A stretch of DNA of 64,000 nt from an uncultured virus (IMG/VR IMGVR_UViG_3300009500_000013) (IMGVR_UViG_3300009500_000013); one strand, 5' to 3'; shown: positions 27,466 through 36,845, numbered from the stretch's first letter. Translations and numbers: made by a program. The notes: generated by a model not told the origin, from the letters alone.

Positions 27466-29621
27466 AAAATTATCCTTTCAAATTTTTCAATTCTTTCACC
27501 TAGCCATCTAATAACAGGAACTGCCATTGAATTTCCTAATGCAGTGTATCTTGGAGAATCTCCTGTTTTGTCATCTATTTTTGTGTAATCTTTAGGGAAT
27601 CCTTGTAATTTTTCGCACTCTATAGGAGTTAGTCTTCTTACTTGATCAAAACAAACAGCATGTCTATCAGCACTTGTTAAGGTTGGTGATTGTTGTTCTT
27701 TAATTCCTAAACCGTTTCCACCATGATGATCTTGTCTTCCAATAATATTACTTTGTATTCCATAACAAGGAATAAAGTTTGCAGTTTCTGGATCCATATT
27801 GCCGCCACCAGCACCTCTAGCAGTCAAACATTTCATAATAGCATAATTACCGTTTGCTATTTGATCGGAGTCAATGCCACGGCTTCCAAAGCCTGTCGTA
27901 AGGGTTCCGGCAATGTCTTTCCTCTTTTCTTTGATCTTCTTAATATTCCCTCGCAGGCTTTCTGACTCAAACAATATGCTTGCAGGTGCTCTCCAGTCTC
28001 CAAGATATCCGACAACAAAGACCCTTCTTCTTCTTTGTGGGACTCCCCAATTTTGAGAGTCAAGAATTCTGTAGGCGATCCCATACCCGCATTCTGATAA
28101 TGCGGAAAGGAAACAGTTGAAGGCGTGTAATTCTTCTGAGTCGTACTCTTCTTCAGTAACCATTTCTTGTCCTTCGCACTCCAAATCCAATGGTTCTGGC
28201 GGCGGACATGGATTGGGAGCGTTATGGGATGTAGAGGACAAGACTCCAGGTACGTTTTCCCAGATGATCCATTTAGGATTAGTTCTTTTAACCAGCTTGA
28301 TAAACTCAAGGGAGAGGTTTCCTCTCTCATCATCAAGTCCTTTGCGAAGCCCTGCAATAGAGAATGATTGGCAATTGTGAACTGTAATTCCGTCTGCGAC
28401 ATAACTGTTATCCTCTTCTACTTCAATATTGAATACTTGCTTGATGCCAGATCCGCCAACAACGGATCTGACAAGTCCATAGCAGTGGTTGTCTGAGAAG
28501 AACGAGCTTCGAGATGCGTTGTAGAAAGAAATTCTAATTTGTGCCCGCTCCTTTACCTGCCTGCCCTCAATGAAACATATCCTTTTAGGATTGCTAACCT
28601 GAACGGAGGTAGTCTTGCCAAGCGTTTTACCCAATATTTGAACACTGATCGCCAAGTTTTTGCTTGTCGTTGTTACAGCGAATCCATTGTCTGTTTGATG
28701 CCCATCACCTGAGATGTATCCAGCAAGTAATTGTTCTCTAAACCCTTTACACATCCCAAAGCACCAAGAAGGGATGATCTTTTGAGAATCTCCTTGCCCA
28801 AAGTTTTGTCTAAGCCATTGAGCAAAAGCCCTAGAAGCGATTTGGAATCGAGCGGTTGTTCTTTCTTCTGATTGCGAGAAACTAAACCCTGCTTCTGTTA
28901 ATCGAATCTTCATTTCTTCCGCTTCTAGCTTTGAGGAACAAATAATTGCGTAACCTCTTCTTTCGTTGATATGAGTCCAACCATCTGCTAGCCATCTACC
29001 AACAACCCAAAAGAATGGATCAGAGAATTTTGCAGGTTCCTTTTCATTACCCTGTAGCGAGACTGGAGGAGGGAAGCACTCAGGGAATACCGATGGTGTT
29101 GCCCAGAATTTTTTCTTCATTTCAGAAGCTGGAACCCAAGAGGGCTCTGAGATAACTCTTTTACAATTTCTTATGGAGCTATTCCACTCCTTGTCTTGGC
29201 TTCTGGAGTAAAAAGGATGATCCTCTGTTGTTTCAAGCCCCCAATGCCCCTGCCCTTTGAGGATCACTGTCTGAGCGAATTTCGCACCCGTTGCCAAAAC
29301 TTTTCTCCACCTTCCTTTGTGCGTTAGAACCAAATCCCCAACTTTGACTTCGCTAATAGGTGTTAGCCCCAAAGAGGTTAAAACGGTAACTTCTTTGGGA
29401 AAGCAGGGCGTTCCACCAATGAGAAGGTCAATTTTTCCATATTCATCACCTTTAATAGTTGAAAAATCTCCATGTAATGGTACTGTTGGGTAGTGATGCT
29501 GTAAAACTTTTCTAGGAAAAGTTGCTATTTCTGATAAAAAAGCACATTCCCAAGGTAAATTTTTCCATGCAACACTTGCTGCTTCGATTCCACTACACAC
29601 ACTACCATATCTAAAAGTCAT
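27462..29621 (-). CDS. DNA cytosine-5 methyltransferase (alpha chain) containing an intein
   Basis: SVCSGIEA, GGTP[intein]CQSFS, WENVPG, PQRRRR, RRLTP.ECE.LQGFP, GNS motifs. Confidence 0.92.
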   Translation of the reverse strand: MTFRYGSVCSGIEAASVAWKNLPWECAFLSEIATFPRKVLQHHYPTVPLHGDFSTIKGDEYGKIDLLIGGTPCFPKEVTVLTSLGLTPISEVKVGDLVLTHKGRWRKVLATGAKFAQTVILKGQGHWGLETTEDHPFYSRSQDKEWNSSIRNCKRVISEPSWVPASEMKKKFWATPSVFPECFPPPVSLQGNEKEPAKFSDPFFWVVGRWLADGWTHINERRGYAIICSSKLEAEEMKIRLTEAGFSFSQSEERTTARFQIASRAFAQWLRQNFGQGDSQKIIPSWCFGMCKGFREQLLAGYISGDGHQTDNGFAVTTTSKNLAISVQILGKTLGKTTSVQVSNPKRICFIEGRQVKERAQIRISFYNASRSSFFSDNHCYGLVRSVVGGSGIKQVFNIEVEEDNSYVADGITVHNCQSFSIAGLRKGLDDERGNLSLEFIKLVKRTNPKWIIWENVPGVLSSTSHNAPNPCPPPEPLDLECEGQEMVTEEEYDSEELHAFNCFLSALSECGYGIAYRILDSQNWGVPQRRRRVFVVGYLGDWRAPASILFESESLRGNIKKIKEKRKDIAGTLTTGFGSRGIDSDQIANGNYAIMKCLTARGAGGGNMDPETANFIPCYGIQSNIIGRQDHHGGNGLGIKEQQSPTLTSADRHAVCFDQVRRLTPIECEKLQGFPKDYTKIDDKTGDSPRYTALGNSMAVPVIRWLGERIEKFERIIL
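27857..28333 (-). CDS. overprinted alternative-frame ORF, M.EcoHK31I beta-like methyltransferase subunit
   Basis: Nested in Dcm on the same strand; LSDILE....Y.LS.KAC.GILRR..KRGK.LP..L..AL motif. Confidence 0.75.
   Translation of the reverse strand: MMREETSPLSLSSWLKELILNGSSGKTYLESCPLHPITLPIHVRRQNHWIWSAKDKKWLLKKSTTQKNYTPSTVSFPHYQNAGMGSPTEFLTLKIGESHKEEEGSLLSDILETGEHLQAYCLSQKACEGILRRSKKRGKTLPEPLRQALEAVALTPIK
28374..29405 (-). mobile_element. 344-aa intein with a LAGLIDADG-type endonuclease
   Basis: Starts CFPKEV, ends EEDNSYVADGITVHN before Cys; VVGRWLADGW and LLAGYISGDG helices; T.DHPF block; higher GC. Confidence 0.9.
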
Positions 29622-30172
29622 AAATTACCATTAATTTCTATATCACTTTTAATTTCATTTCCAAAACAATCCCAACCATCTGTTTTAGTTCTAGCAAACA
29701 TTTCTAATCTTGGAACATTTCCCATTAAATCTATTAGTCTATCTCTTGTTTCTGGAGGTTTCGCTGAATGTTCACCAATTTTTGCATGAATAATTTGTCT
29801 TACATTTTTAGCTATTCTTTTTGGTTTCCCTTTAGTCGCAAACAAAACAGCCTCTTGATTAGCTCTTGTCCAATTCCCCATACCAAAATGATCTAAACCA
29901 TTTACTGTTTGCTTGTGCCAAGTAAACCCAAACATAGTCTTTAATTCAAATCCCCACGCTTCTACTAAAGCTAATGCTTCTTTTGGCATAGGAGGAACCC
30001 ACCACATGGCTAACAAACAATCATCTGCTGCTAAGTCATTAACTGGCATTTTACACAAATCATCAATGTTCATTACATCATATTTGTGGGCTGCTCCTCG
30101 TTTTCCAGAATTTGCCTTATCTCTGTAAGACCAAGGAGGATCTGCATAAATTATATTGTATTTTTTTGTCAT
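29618..30172 (-). CDS. MT-A70 family adenine methyltransferase
   Basis: YNIIYADPPW, WGF, GMGNWTRAN.E, EHSAKP, LEMFAR. Confidence 0.9.
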   Translation of the reverse strand: MTKKYNIIYADPPWSYRDKANSGKRGAAHKYDVMNIDDLCKMPVNDLAADDCLLAMWWVPPMPKEALALVEAWGFELKTMFGFTWHKQTVNGLDHFGMGNWTRANQEAVLFATKGKPKRIAKNVRQIIHAKIGEHSAKPPETRDRLIDLMGNVPRLEMFARTKTDGWDCFGNEIKSDIEINGNL

Positions 30173-30283
30173 AACTTACTATAATATTTTTTTGAACAAA
30201 AGTAAAGCTAAATTTAGGAGATTGGTGAATATATTTTTTATCATCAATAAAATCTTTTAATTTTATAACTTTATTAAATTTAC

Positions 30284-30559
30284 TCATTCACAAATTCTTT
30301 CAATATATGCCAAAATTTTATCTAAAAAATGCAAAAACCAATTACCTAAAATAAATCTTTTTTTGTATTCATATTTGCCATTTTTGTAATCATCTTTGGT
30401 CACAACATATCTGGAATCATGATAAACTATTGTTATTGGATTTTTCTTTTTAGCTTTAATTTTTTCATCAACATTAAATAATCTATAATGCAATTTATAT
30501 CTATCATTAACCATTTTTCTAAATTTATAGCTATAATTTCTAATTTTTTTCTTTAACAT
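30284..30559 (-). CDS. basic hypothetical protein
   Basis: ORF. Confidence 0.55.
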   Translation of the reverse strand: MLKKKIRNYSYKFRKMVNDRYKLHYRLFNVDEKIKAKKKNPITIVYHDSRYVVTKDDYKNGKYEYKKRFILGNWFLHFLDKILAYIERICE

Positions 30560-30963
30560 GTGTTACCTTTTTTAAAATTACATTTTTTATGAGTAAGTTG
30601 TAGATTACTTAATAAATTTGCTCCGCCTTTAGAATAAGGAATAATGTGATCTATGTTAATTTCTCTATGACAAGTTAATTCTTTATTACATAACTTACAA
30701 TTATTTCCATCTCTTACTCTTAAAAAATTACGCAATGGTAGCATTTTATCGTAATTTTCTACATAAGGAGTCCAATATTCATAAATTGGATAAATTTGAA
30801 ATTTGTTATTAATGTCAATGTTTATAATGTTATTATCTATTGATTCCAAAACTAATAGATGTCTATGAACCATTCTAACGTCACAAGTTAGTTTTTTCTG
30901 CTGAACAGCAACAAGTATTTTTTGATTCTTTATTGGTTTTTTTTCTAAAAAATTGTACCACAT
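30553..30963 (-). CDS. HNH endonuclease
   Basis: RDG..C..C, IDHIIP.SKGG....NLQL.H..CN..K; start placed at MWYNF. Confidence 0.85.
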   Translation of the reverse strand: MWYNFLEKKPIKNQKILVAVQQKKLTCDVRMVHRHLLVLESIDNNIINIDINNKFQIYPIYEYWTPYVENYDKMLPLRNFLRVRDGNNCKLCNKELTCHREINIDHIIPYSKGGANLLSNLQLTHKKCNFKKGNTC

Positions 30964-31153
30964 TTTCAAAAACCTTTTTAAATTTTGCAAATTTTACAAT
31001 TTTTATTGACCAAGTTCCGTCAGCATTATCAAAAAACTCTAATGTAGAACCTATATTCCACTTCATCTTTTTTAATAACTCATTTGGCAATTCTAAACAT
31101 AAATCACCGTTTTCATCAGTTACTACTCGTGATTTCCAAATATTATTCTTCAT
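30881..31153 (-). CDS. AbrB/MazE/SpoVT-like DNA-binding protein
   Basis: V..DENGDL.L.LP.ELL..M.W..G..L.F.DN.DGT pattern. Confidence 0.65.
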   Translation of the reverse strand: MKNNIWKSRVVTDENGDLCLELPNELLKKMKWNIGSTLEFFDNADGTWSIKIVKFAKFKKVFENVVQFFRKKTNKESKNTCCCSAEKTNL

Positions 31154-31301
31154 CGCCTGTAACCATAGAAATTCTATTTTCCATCATCGTCAATGCATCA
31201 TTTAGGGAATACATTTCAATGCAGACATTTTCAAATTTTAATTTTTCTGATTCTTCTAATGAAGATTTTTTAAAATCTACAAAATTTAATATCTGTGCCA
31301 T
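31143..31301 (-). CDS. small hypothetical protein (52 aa), not in ORF track
   Basis: Promoter TTGACT..TGATATAAT, AAGGA RBS; MAQILNFVDFKK. Confidence 0.6.
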   Translation of the reverse strand: MAQILNFVDFKKSSLEESEKLKFENVCIEMYSLNDALTMMENRISMVTGDEE

Positions 31302-31375
31302 TTTTATATTCCTTATATAAATCTTTATTATTCCATTATATCATTGTGGAAAAATAAGTCAAGTCAAATATATAT

Positions 31376-31648
31376 TTAAAACAGTGTAAAAATGACAAAA
31401 TGCCTATGGAGGCTAAAACTTATAATTTTTCTTTCAAGTTTTTTAAAATCTACTTTATCGTTAGCGGAATACATAGCGATTGCGTAATTTTTATAATCAT
31501 AATCTTGATCTTCATGTGTGACAAAGTTTTTAAATACTATGCCTGTGTCATCTAACTTACTAACTTTTGAAATATATTCAGTTATAAAATGTTGTTGTTC
31601 AGCAATATCTAAACTACCTAATTTACGGATTTTGAAAAATAATAACAT
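31376..31648 (-). CDS. hypothetical protein
   Basis: ORF. Confidence 0.55.
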   Translation of the reverse strand: MLLFFKIRKLGSLDIAEQQHFITEYISKVSKLDDTGIVFKNFVTHEDQDYDYKNYAIAMYSANDKVDFKKLERKIISFSLHRHFVIFTLF

Positions 31649-31716
31649 TATAGCTCTTTCTATTATATTGCTATTATTTATTGGATAGCTTTTTTAAAAT
31701 AGTTCTTTATATATGG

Positions 31717-31745
31717 TTGACTTACATTATCCCTTATGCTAAAAT
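31717..31745 (+). promoter_or_regulatory. sigma70-type promoter with extended -10
   Basis: TTGACT-17nt-TAAAAT with TG at the extended position. Confidence 0.65.
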
Positions 31746-31751
31746 AAGAAT

Positions 31752-31858
31752 GTAACTTACTTTATTAACTTTATATTTAATGGAGAAGTAGCCATGAACT
31801 CGTAGTTTAAAAAACTATAAAGAAAAACCTTCTAAAGATTATTTAGAAGGTTTTTTTA
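31752..31858 (+). ncRNA. candidate ~105-nt small RNA or minigene transcript
   Basis: Lies between that promoter and a terminator; holds only 3-codon ATG ORFs. Confidence 0.4.
31823..31857. terminator. bidirectional intrinsic terminator
   Basis: AAAAACCTTCTAAA-GATTA-TTTAGAAGGTTTTT. Confidence 0.8.
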
Positions 31859-31860
31859 TT

Positions 31861-32274
31861 TTACATTTCTGAAAATATTTTAATGAATAATTTTTCCACT
31901 TTATTAGCAAAATCGTGTGGACTTATAGTTGTTTTAACTGCACTCCATGTCTCTTTTGTAATTTTTAATCTTATTGAATTTAATTCTTCTTTAGTTATTT
32001 TTTGTAATTCATAATCTTTAGTTGCTTGAATCGCCAATCTTGTACGTTCATTATGGAGATTTGCTTCATTATAAAATGGCAATATTAACTTACTCATTTC
32101 TAAAGCAAAATATTCACATTTTTCTTCAATGTTATTTGAATCTATACGAATGTTCCATGCTTCATTACTCATACCATAAGTATTAATAAAAGTCTCTAAA
32201 GGATGGTTGTCTTTATTACTAATAACTTCCAACAAGTTATCTAAACCTGATTTTTTTTGTAATTGAGTTTGCAT
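31861..32274 (-). CDS. hypothetical protein
   Basis: GGGAG RBS; ORF. Confidence 0.7.
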   Translation of the reverse strand: MQTQLQKKSGLDNLLEVISNKDNHPLETFINTYGMSNEAWNIRIDSNNIEEKCEYFALEMSKLILPFYNEANLHNERTRLAIQATKDYELQKITKEELNSIRLKITKETWSAVKTTISPHDFANKVEKLFIKIFSEM

Positions 32275-32370
32275 ATTTATTTCTCCCTAATTATTATTTT
32301 TAGATAATATAAAAGAAAAAATAAAAAATCTATATGCTTGAATATTGGAAATAATAAGAATTTTATTAAG

Positions 32371-32667
32371 TTAATTACTTTTGGCTTTCTTTAATTGCTT
32401 TTTTCTAGCTTTTTCTTGTTCTTTTAATTCATGAAATTTGAAGGCTAAATCTGATCCATATATTGTGCATCCAAAATGCAGAAGATAGCATCGCATTGTG
32501 TCTTTTATAGAACGATAATATTCTAAAGCAGGTGCATAATCATCAAAACTATAGCATATCCATTGTTTGGATTTTTCATCATATTCTGATGTAGAAAACA
32601 CATAAGAATCAACTATATTAGGAATTTTCTTAAATGGCTCTTTGTATGGTAATCTTATTCTGTTCAT
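32371..32667 (-). CDS. hypothetical protein
   Basis: AGGA RBS; ORF. Confidence 0.65.
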   Translation of the reverse strand: MNRIRLPYKEPFKKIPNIVDSYVFSTSEYDEKSKQWICYSFDDYAPALEYYRSIKDTMRCYLLHFGCTIYGSDLAFKFHELKEQEKARKKQLKKAKSN

Positions 32668-32697
32668 TTTATAGAATATCCTATTAAGCTAAAAATT

Positions 32698-32772
32698 TGG
32701 AGCCCAAGGTGAGAATCGAACTCACGAATATAGGATTTGCAATCCTGTGCATTACCACTTTGCTACTTAGGC
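32698..32772 (-). tRNA. tRNA-Cys(GCA)
   Basis: Cloverleaf; anticodon loop TT-GCA-AA; U73; encoded CCA. Confidence 0.9.
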
Positions 32773-32782
32773 ATTAAAAAAT

Positions 32783-32857
32783 TGGTCGGAGTTGCTGGGA
32801 TCGAACCAGCGATTTCTTGCTCCCAAAGCAAGCGGATTACCTCTTTCCTAAACTCCG
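32783..32857 (-). tRNA. tRNA-Pro(TGG)
   Basis: CTTGC-TTTGGGA-GCAAG arm; GTTCGAT T-loop; CCA. Confidence 0.9.
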
Positions 32858-32862
32858 TAATC

Positions 32863-32936
32863 TGGCTGAGATGCTAGGAATCGAACCTAAATTCAGTGGT
32901 TAACAGCCACTTGTCTTACCTTTAGACGACATCTCA
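32863..32936 (-). tRNA. tRNA-Asn(GTT)
   Basis: AGTGG-CTGTTAA-CCACT arm; CCA. Confidence 0.9.
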
Positions 32937-32994
32937 ATAAATAAGTTTTATTCTTTTATTTAATTGCAGAAAGTAACTACAATTAAAATAACGA

Positions 32995-33070
32995 TGGTGG
33001 ATGGAGCTGGAATTGAACCAGCGACACTATGATCTTCAATCATATGCTCTACCAACTGAGCTACCCATCC
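32995..33070 (-). tRNA. tRNA-Phe(GAA)
   Basis: TATGA-TTGAAGA-TCATA arm; CCA. Confidence 0.9.
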
Positions 33071-33081
33071 TTATTAACCTT

Positions 33082-33168
33082 TGGTGCTCGCAGCAGGACT
33101 CGAACCTGCAAGCTCTTAAGAGCAAAAGATTTTAAGTCTTTTTTGTTTACCAATTCCATCATGCGAGC
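33082..33168 (-). tRNA. tRNA-Leu(TAA)
   Basis: AAAGA-CTTAAAA-TCTTT arm; long variable arm; CCA. Confidence 0.9.
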
Positions 33169-33269
33169 GTTTTAAACGAATAAAATATATATGTTATAAA
33201 TTATCCTTACTTATTATGTTCAAATCTAACCTTTTTCATATATAAAAAATCAATAAATATTTTTAATAT

Positions 33270-33344
33270 TGGAAGCGGGAAGTGGAATCGAACCACTGAC
33301 CTCTAGGTTATGAGCCTAGTGAGATGCCTCTTCTCTATCCCGCA
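33270..33344 (-). tRNA. tRNA-Met(CAT), initiator-like
   Basis: 1x72 mismatch, A11:U24, CTAGG-CTCATAA-CCTAG arm; CCA. Confidence 0.85.
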
Positions 33345-33366
33345 GCAAAATTAAATAGTAATTAAA

Positions 33367-33442
33367 TGGTGGAAAGAAAGGGATTTGAACCCCCAACCAT
33401 TTCGTTATGAGCGAACTGCTCTAACCGCTGAGCTACCTTTCC
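33367..33442 (-). tRNA. tRNA with CAT anticodon (elongator Met or Ile2)
   Basis: TTCG-CTCATAA-CGAA arm; paired 1:72; CCA. Confidence 0.85.
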
Positions 33443-33534
33443 AAATTTAATTAGGTTGATGAAACAAACTGTAATAAAACTTAATAAACTGTAATAAAAA
33501 AAGTTTTTATTTTTATCTCATCAACCATATTATT

Positions 33535-33563
33535 AATATATCAAAAAACTATAATGATGTCAA
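33535..33563 (-). promoter_or_regulatory. promoter of the tRNA cluster
   Basis: TTGACA-17nt-TATATT with extended TG. Confidence 0.65.
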
Positions 33564-33589
33564 TAGCTATTTTGAAAAATATTATAAAT

Positions 33590-36307
33590 TTAATCTTCAA
33601 ACTCAAAAATATCTGTAAATTCTTTAGATAACTTACTCATATCTAAATCATAATTTAGAACACCAATAATATTTTCTAATTTAGTATCAATTAATTTTTT
33701 TTCCATAATTGCATTATCAAATGGTAATTCTTTGAACCATTTAGGTATATTAAACTCATCAATGGGTCTGGCAACACTTTTTAATTTTGTTATATTGTTT
33801 GGTTTTAAGTCACAAACAATCACTTTTTGACCATCACTAATAGGCATAGAGTTATTATCAGCATGTTCTTTTCTCAAATTATTCCAATTCAAACTGGCTC
33901 TTACATGCCCTGGTACAGCTACTTTTCCCTTTTTCATTCTTTCTCGATAACTTGATAAATTATTAACCTTTTTAGGAGTTCCCTTTTCCCAAGGTTGTAA
34001 TGCTTTAACAGTATCTCTAAAATTTTTAATATATTCAACGGTTTCTTGTTCATTTTTTCCAGTTAGAACAAGCATTAAAACTTCTTTCAAAAACTTTTGA
34101 ATAGCTTCTGGTGTATCTGCTCTTTGTGTAGCCAATCCTTTAATATATAGTTTTCCTACACTGTTATTAAGCAAATCTATCCTATTTCCGTCTTTATCGT
34201 AATAAAGTGCTGCATAATGTTTTTTCTTAATAAACAAAGCTCTTTCTATACATAATTCTCTTCCACACTTTATAAGATTGGCGTTTTCAGGAGTTACATT
34301 AAAAGCATTACTAACAAATTCTGGAAAACTTTCATTAGTTTGAACAGCTACATCATTAGCAATTTCAACAAAATTATCCCTATCAATATCAATTCCTGAT
34401 TCTTTAAATTGTTCTTTTATGCAACCTATTGAAAAATAGCAAGAATCAGTATCAGAATAAATAACTGTTTGATTTAAATGAGAATATTCTCCAGTTAATA
34501 TTTTAGCAACTTGGCTACACATATGCTTAGTAATAGTTCTTCCGCTAAGCGTTGTACTTTGTCCAATTCTAGAATCACAAAACCGTGAACCAATATTTGT
34601 AATAGCTCCATAAAGTGCATTAAGGTTAATTTTACGAATTTGTTGTCTGCTATCCCAATATTCAAAATCTTGATAATATTGTTTCTTTTTTATAGAATCT
34701 TTTTCTTCTAGTGATAATTTTTCAAGTTCTTTAGCTTTTTTTTGAAACTCTTTTCTTTCTGCGTACCATCTTGTCAATAATCCTGGTATTAAGCCGTCTT
34801 TATCTTTTCTGAATAAAGTTCCATTGGCACTCAATACCAAGTTACTATCTTTAGAAAAAATCCAATCGTGAATTTCTTTTCCAGTTAATTGTATTTCTTC
34901 TTGAGTTTCTTCAACTAAAACATCAAGCAATACATTTGATTTATTCATTACTTCATCATACTCTAAGCATGAAAACAGCCCTGACCATTTATCTGCTGTA
35001 CTTTCTTCTTCATCATCCTCTGAATTTTCTAAATTTCCTGTTTTTAACTTATTATCTGTCAAAGTATGTTTTATTTGCCCAAACAACGTCTCTGGACTCA
35101 TGTTAAGCGAGCGAATGACGCTTGGATACAAACTATTAATATCAATACTTGCTACCCACTCAGCAAGTCCTTTTTTTGGATCTGCTACATATGCACCAGC
35201 AATATTATACTCCTCTTTTTGAAGTCTTGCTGGAACTAGCATATTTCTTCTATGAGCTTCTAAAATAATTGCTTGATCCGTTAATCCTACAGAACCTAAA
35301 GTAACATTAAAGGTTATGCAATTTTCATGTGCTAAAATATTCGTTAAATTAATAAATTTTAATTTTCTTTCTAACTTAGTCAAAAGCAAAACGTCTTGCC
35401 TGTTATATTCAATAAATTTTTGGAAATCATTTTTATAAAGTTGATCCAAAGTACCATCATATTGTACTTTTCGTTCATTTAATTCAACTTCTCCCACAAA
35501 ATCAAGTCTATAACTTGGGAGTTCGTGGTAAGTATATTTCTTATATAGAAGAAAATAATCTAAATGAAGTCTCCCAACTAAATCATATGTTTCTTGAGAT
35601 TTTCCATATCGCTCAAAATCTCTTTTTCTAGGAAATTCATCCCAAAAACATAAGTTTCTAGTAAAATCTTTACCAAGAATTTTAATAGTTCTATTAACTA
35701 TATAAGGTATATCAAAGCCTTCACCGTTCCATGTGTATAAAACATCTACATCTTCAATAATTTCAAAAAATGTTTTTAGCATTTCTTTTTCACAAGTGAA
35801 AACAAAACTATTTTCAAACCTGTCAGATATATCATTAGCTTCTTGTACTGATAAAGTATCTGGCTTTAACACTAAGGTTATAAGCTGATCTTTCCAATCA
35901 AGATTAACGGTTATAGCAGTGATTGGTTGATGTGGATCATCTGGGGGTGCAAACCCTCTTTTTTCATCAAATCCCGTTTCAATATCTAATGGAGCTAAAT
36001 GTAAATTAGGAAGTTTTGCACCTAAATAATATTTTTCTAATGTTTTATATACTGGCTTTATATCATTTTCATAAAGTTTTCTACCAGCTAGTTTTTTTTG
36101 TTCTAAGTAAAAACTTTTAGAATTTGTACATTCTACTTTTTTTAATTTTTCTCCATCTATACCATCATAAGTACCTTTTGGGTCAGCATAATAAAAAGTA
36201 TGATCTGGCTTCAATTCATTAAAAAATCTATCATCTGTATTTGGATTTCTTCCTACAACTAAGACTTTGTCTTTACTTTTATCATAGAAAGCATCAAAAT
36301 AAGTCAT
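33590..36307 (-). CDS. family B DNA polymerase
   Basis: Exonuclease DIET, WN...FD, YN..D; polymerase DINSLYPS, K..LN..YG, YSDTDS. Confidence 0.95.
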   Translation of the reverse strand: MTYFDAFYDKSKDKVLVVGRNPNTDDRFFNELKPDHTFYYADPKGTYDGIDGEKLKKVECTNSKSFYLEQKKLAGRKLYENDIKPVYKTLEKYYLGAKLPNLHLAPLDIETGFDEKRGFAPPDDPHQPITAITVNLDWKDQLITLVLKPDTLSVQEANDISDRFENSFVFTCEKEMLKTFFEIIEDVDVLYTWNGEGFDIPYIVNRTIKILGKDFTRNLCFWDEFPRKRDFERYGKSQETYDLVGRLHLDYFLLYKKYTYHELPSYRLDFVGEVELNERKVQYDGTLDQLYKNDFQKFIEYNRQDVLLLTKLERKLKFINLTNILAHENCITFNVTLGSVGLTDQAIILEAHRRNMLVPARLQKEEYNIAGAYVADPKKGLAEWVASIDINSLYPSVIRSLNMSPETLFGQIKHTLTDNKLKTGNLENSEDDEEESTADKWSGLFSCLEYDEVMNKSNVLLDVLVEETQEEIQLTGKEIHDWIFSKDSNLVLSANGTLFRKDKDGLIPGLLTRWYAERKEFQKKAKELEKLSLEEKDSIKKKQYYQDFEYWDSRQQIRKINLNALYGAITNIGSRFCDSRIGQSTTLSGRTITKHMCSQVAKILTGEYSHLNQTVIYSDTDSCYFSIGCIKEQFKESGIDIDRDNFVEIANDVAVQTNESFPEFVSNAFNVTPENANLIKCGRELCIERALFIKKKHYAALYYDKDGNRIDLLNNSVGKLYIKGLATQRADTPEAIQKFLKEVLMLVLTGKNEQETVEYIKNFRDTVKALQPWEKGTPKKVNNLSSYRERMKKGKVAVPGHVRASLNWNNLRKEHADNNSMPISDGQKVIVCDLKPNNITKLKSVARPIDEFNIPKWFKELPFDNAIMEKKLIDTKLENIIGVLNYDLDMSKLSKEFTDIFEFED

Positions 36308-36309
36308 TG

Positions 36310-36510
36310 CTATTCCTTAACTTCTTTTATGATAATGATGCCATATTTGATTTCTAATTGCGTTTTTGGTTTATTCCATCCTATAAACCAACCATTATTT
36401 TTATAGTGATTTTCTAGCTTAATAATTGCTTCTTCTTTAGTGTTGAACACCTCCAAAATAGTTTCTTTTTTGCCTTTTAGAATTGCTGCATATTTTTTTA
36501 TTTTCTTCAT
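36310..36510 (-). CDS. hypothetical protein
   Basis: ORF; F.TKEEA motif. Confidence 0.55.
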   Translation of the reverse strand: MKKIKKYAAILKGKKETILEVFNTKEEAIIKLENHYKNNGWFIGWNKPKTQLEIKYGIIIIKEVKE

Positions 36511-36539
36511 ATTTTTATCTTACCATAAAATTTTATAAA

Positions 36540-36845
36540 TCAAAATATCATTTTTATCAATCCAGTTACATTTATTATAATGTATCCTGAACTCAAAATC
36601 ATATTGAAACTATTTTTTCTTAGTTTTCCAGATATTAACCAACAGCACGAACCTATCGTATAAGCAAGTAAAACAAAAATTAAATTGGCTTCCTTGCCTA
36701 ATATAGATAGGGTAAATGCTGCTGAGAGACTTGATAAAGTACCAAATCCTTCAAAAAATAACACTAAAGGTCTGGTTTCATAATCACTTTTTAACTGTAA
36801 TATGAAATTTTTAATGAAATTAATAAACATAGCTAAAACATGCAA
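36540..36845 (-). CDS. small membrane protein
   Basis: Three hydrophobic stretches. Confidence 0.65.
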   Translation of the reverse strand: MHVLAMFINFIKNFILQLKSDYETRPLVLFFEGFGTLSSLSAAFTLSILGKEANLIFVLLAYTIGSCCWLISGKLRKNSFNMILSSGYIIINVTGLIKMIF

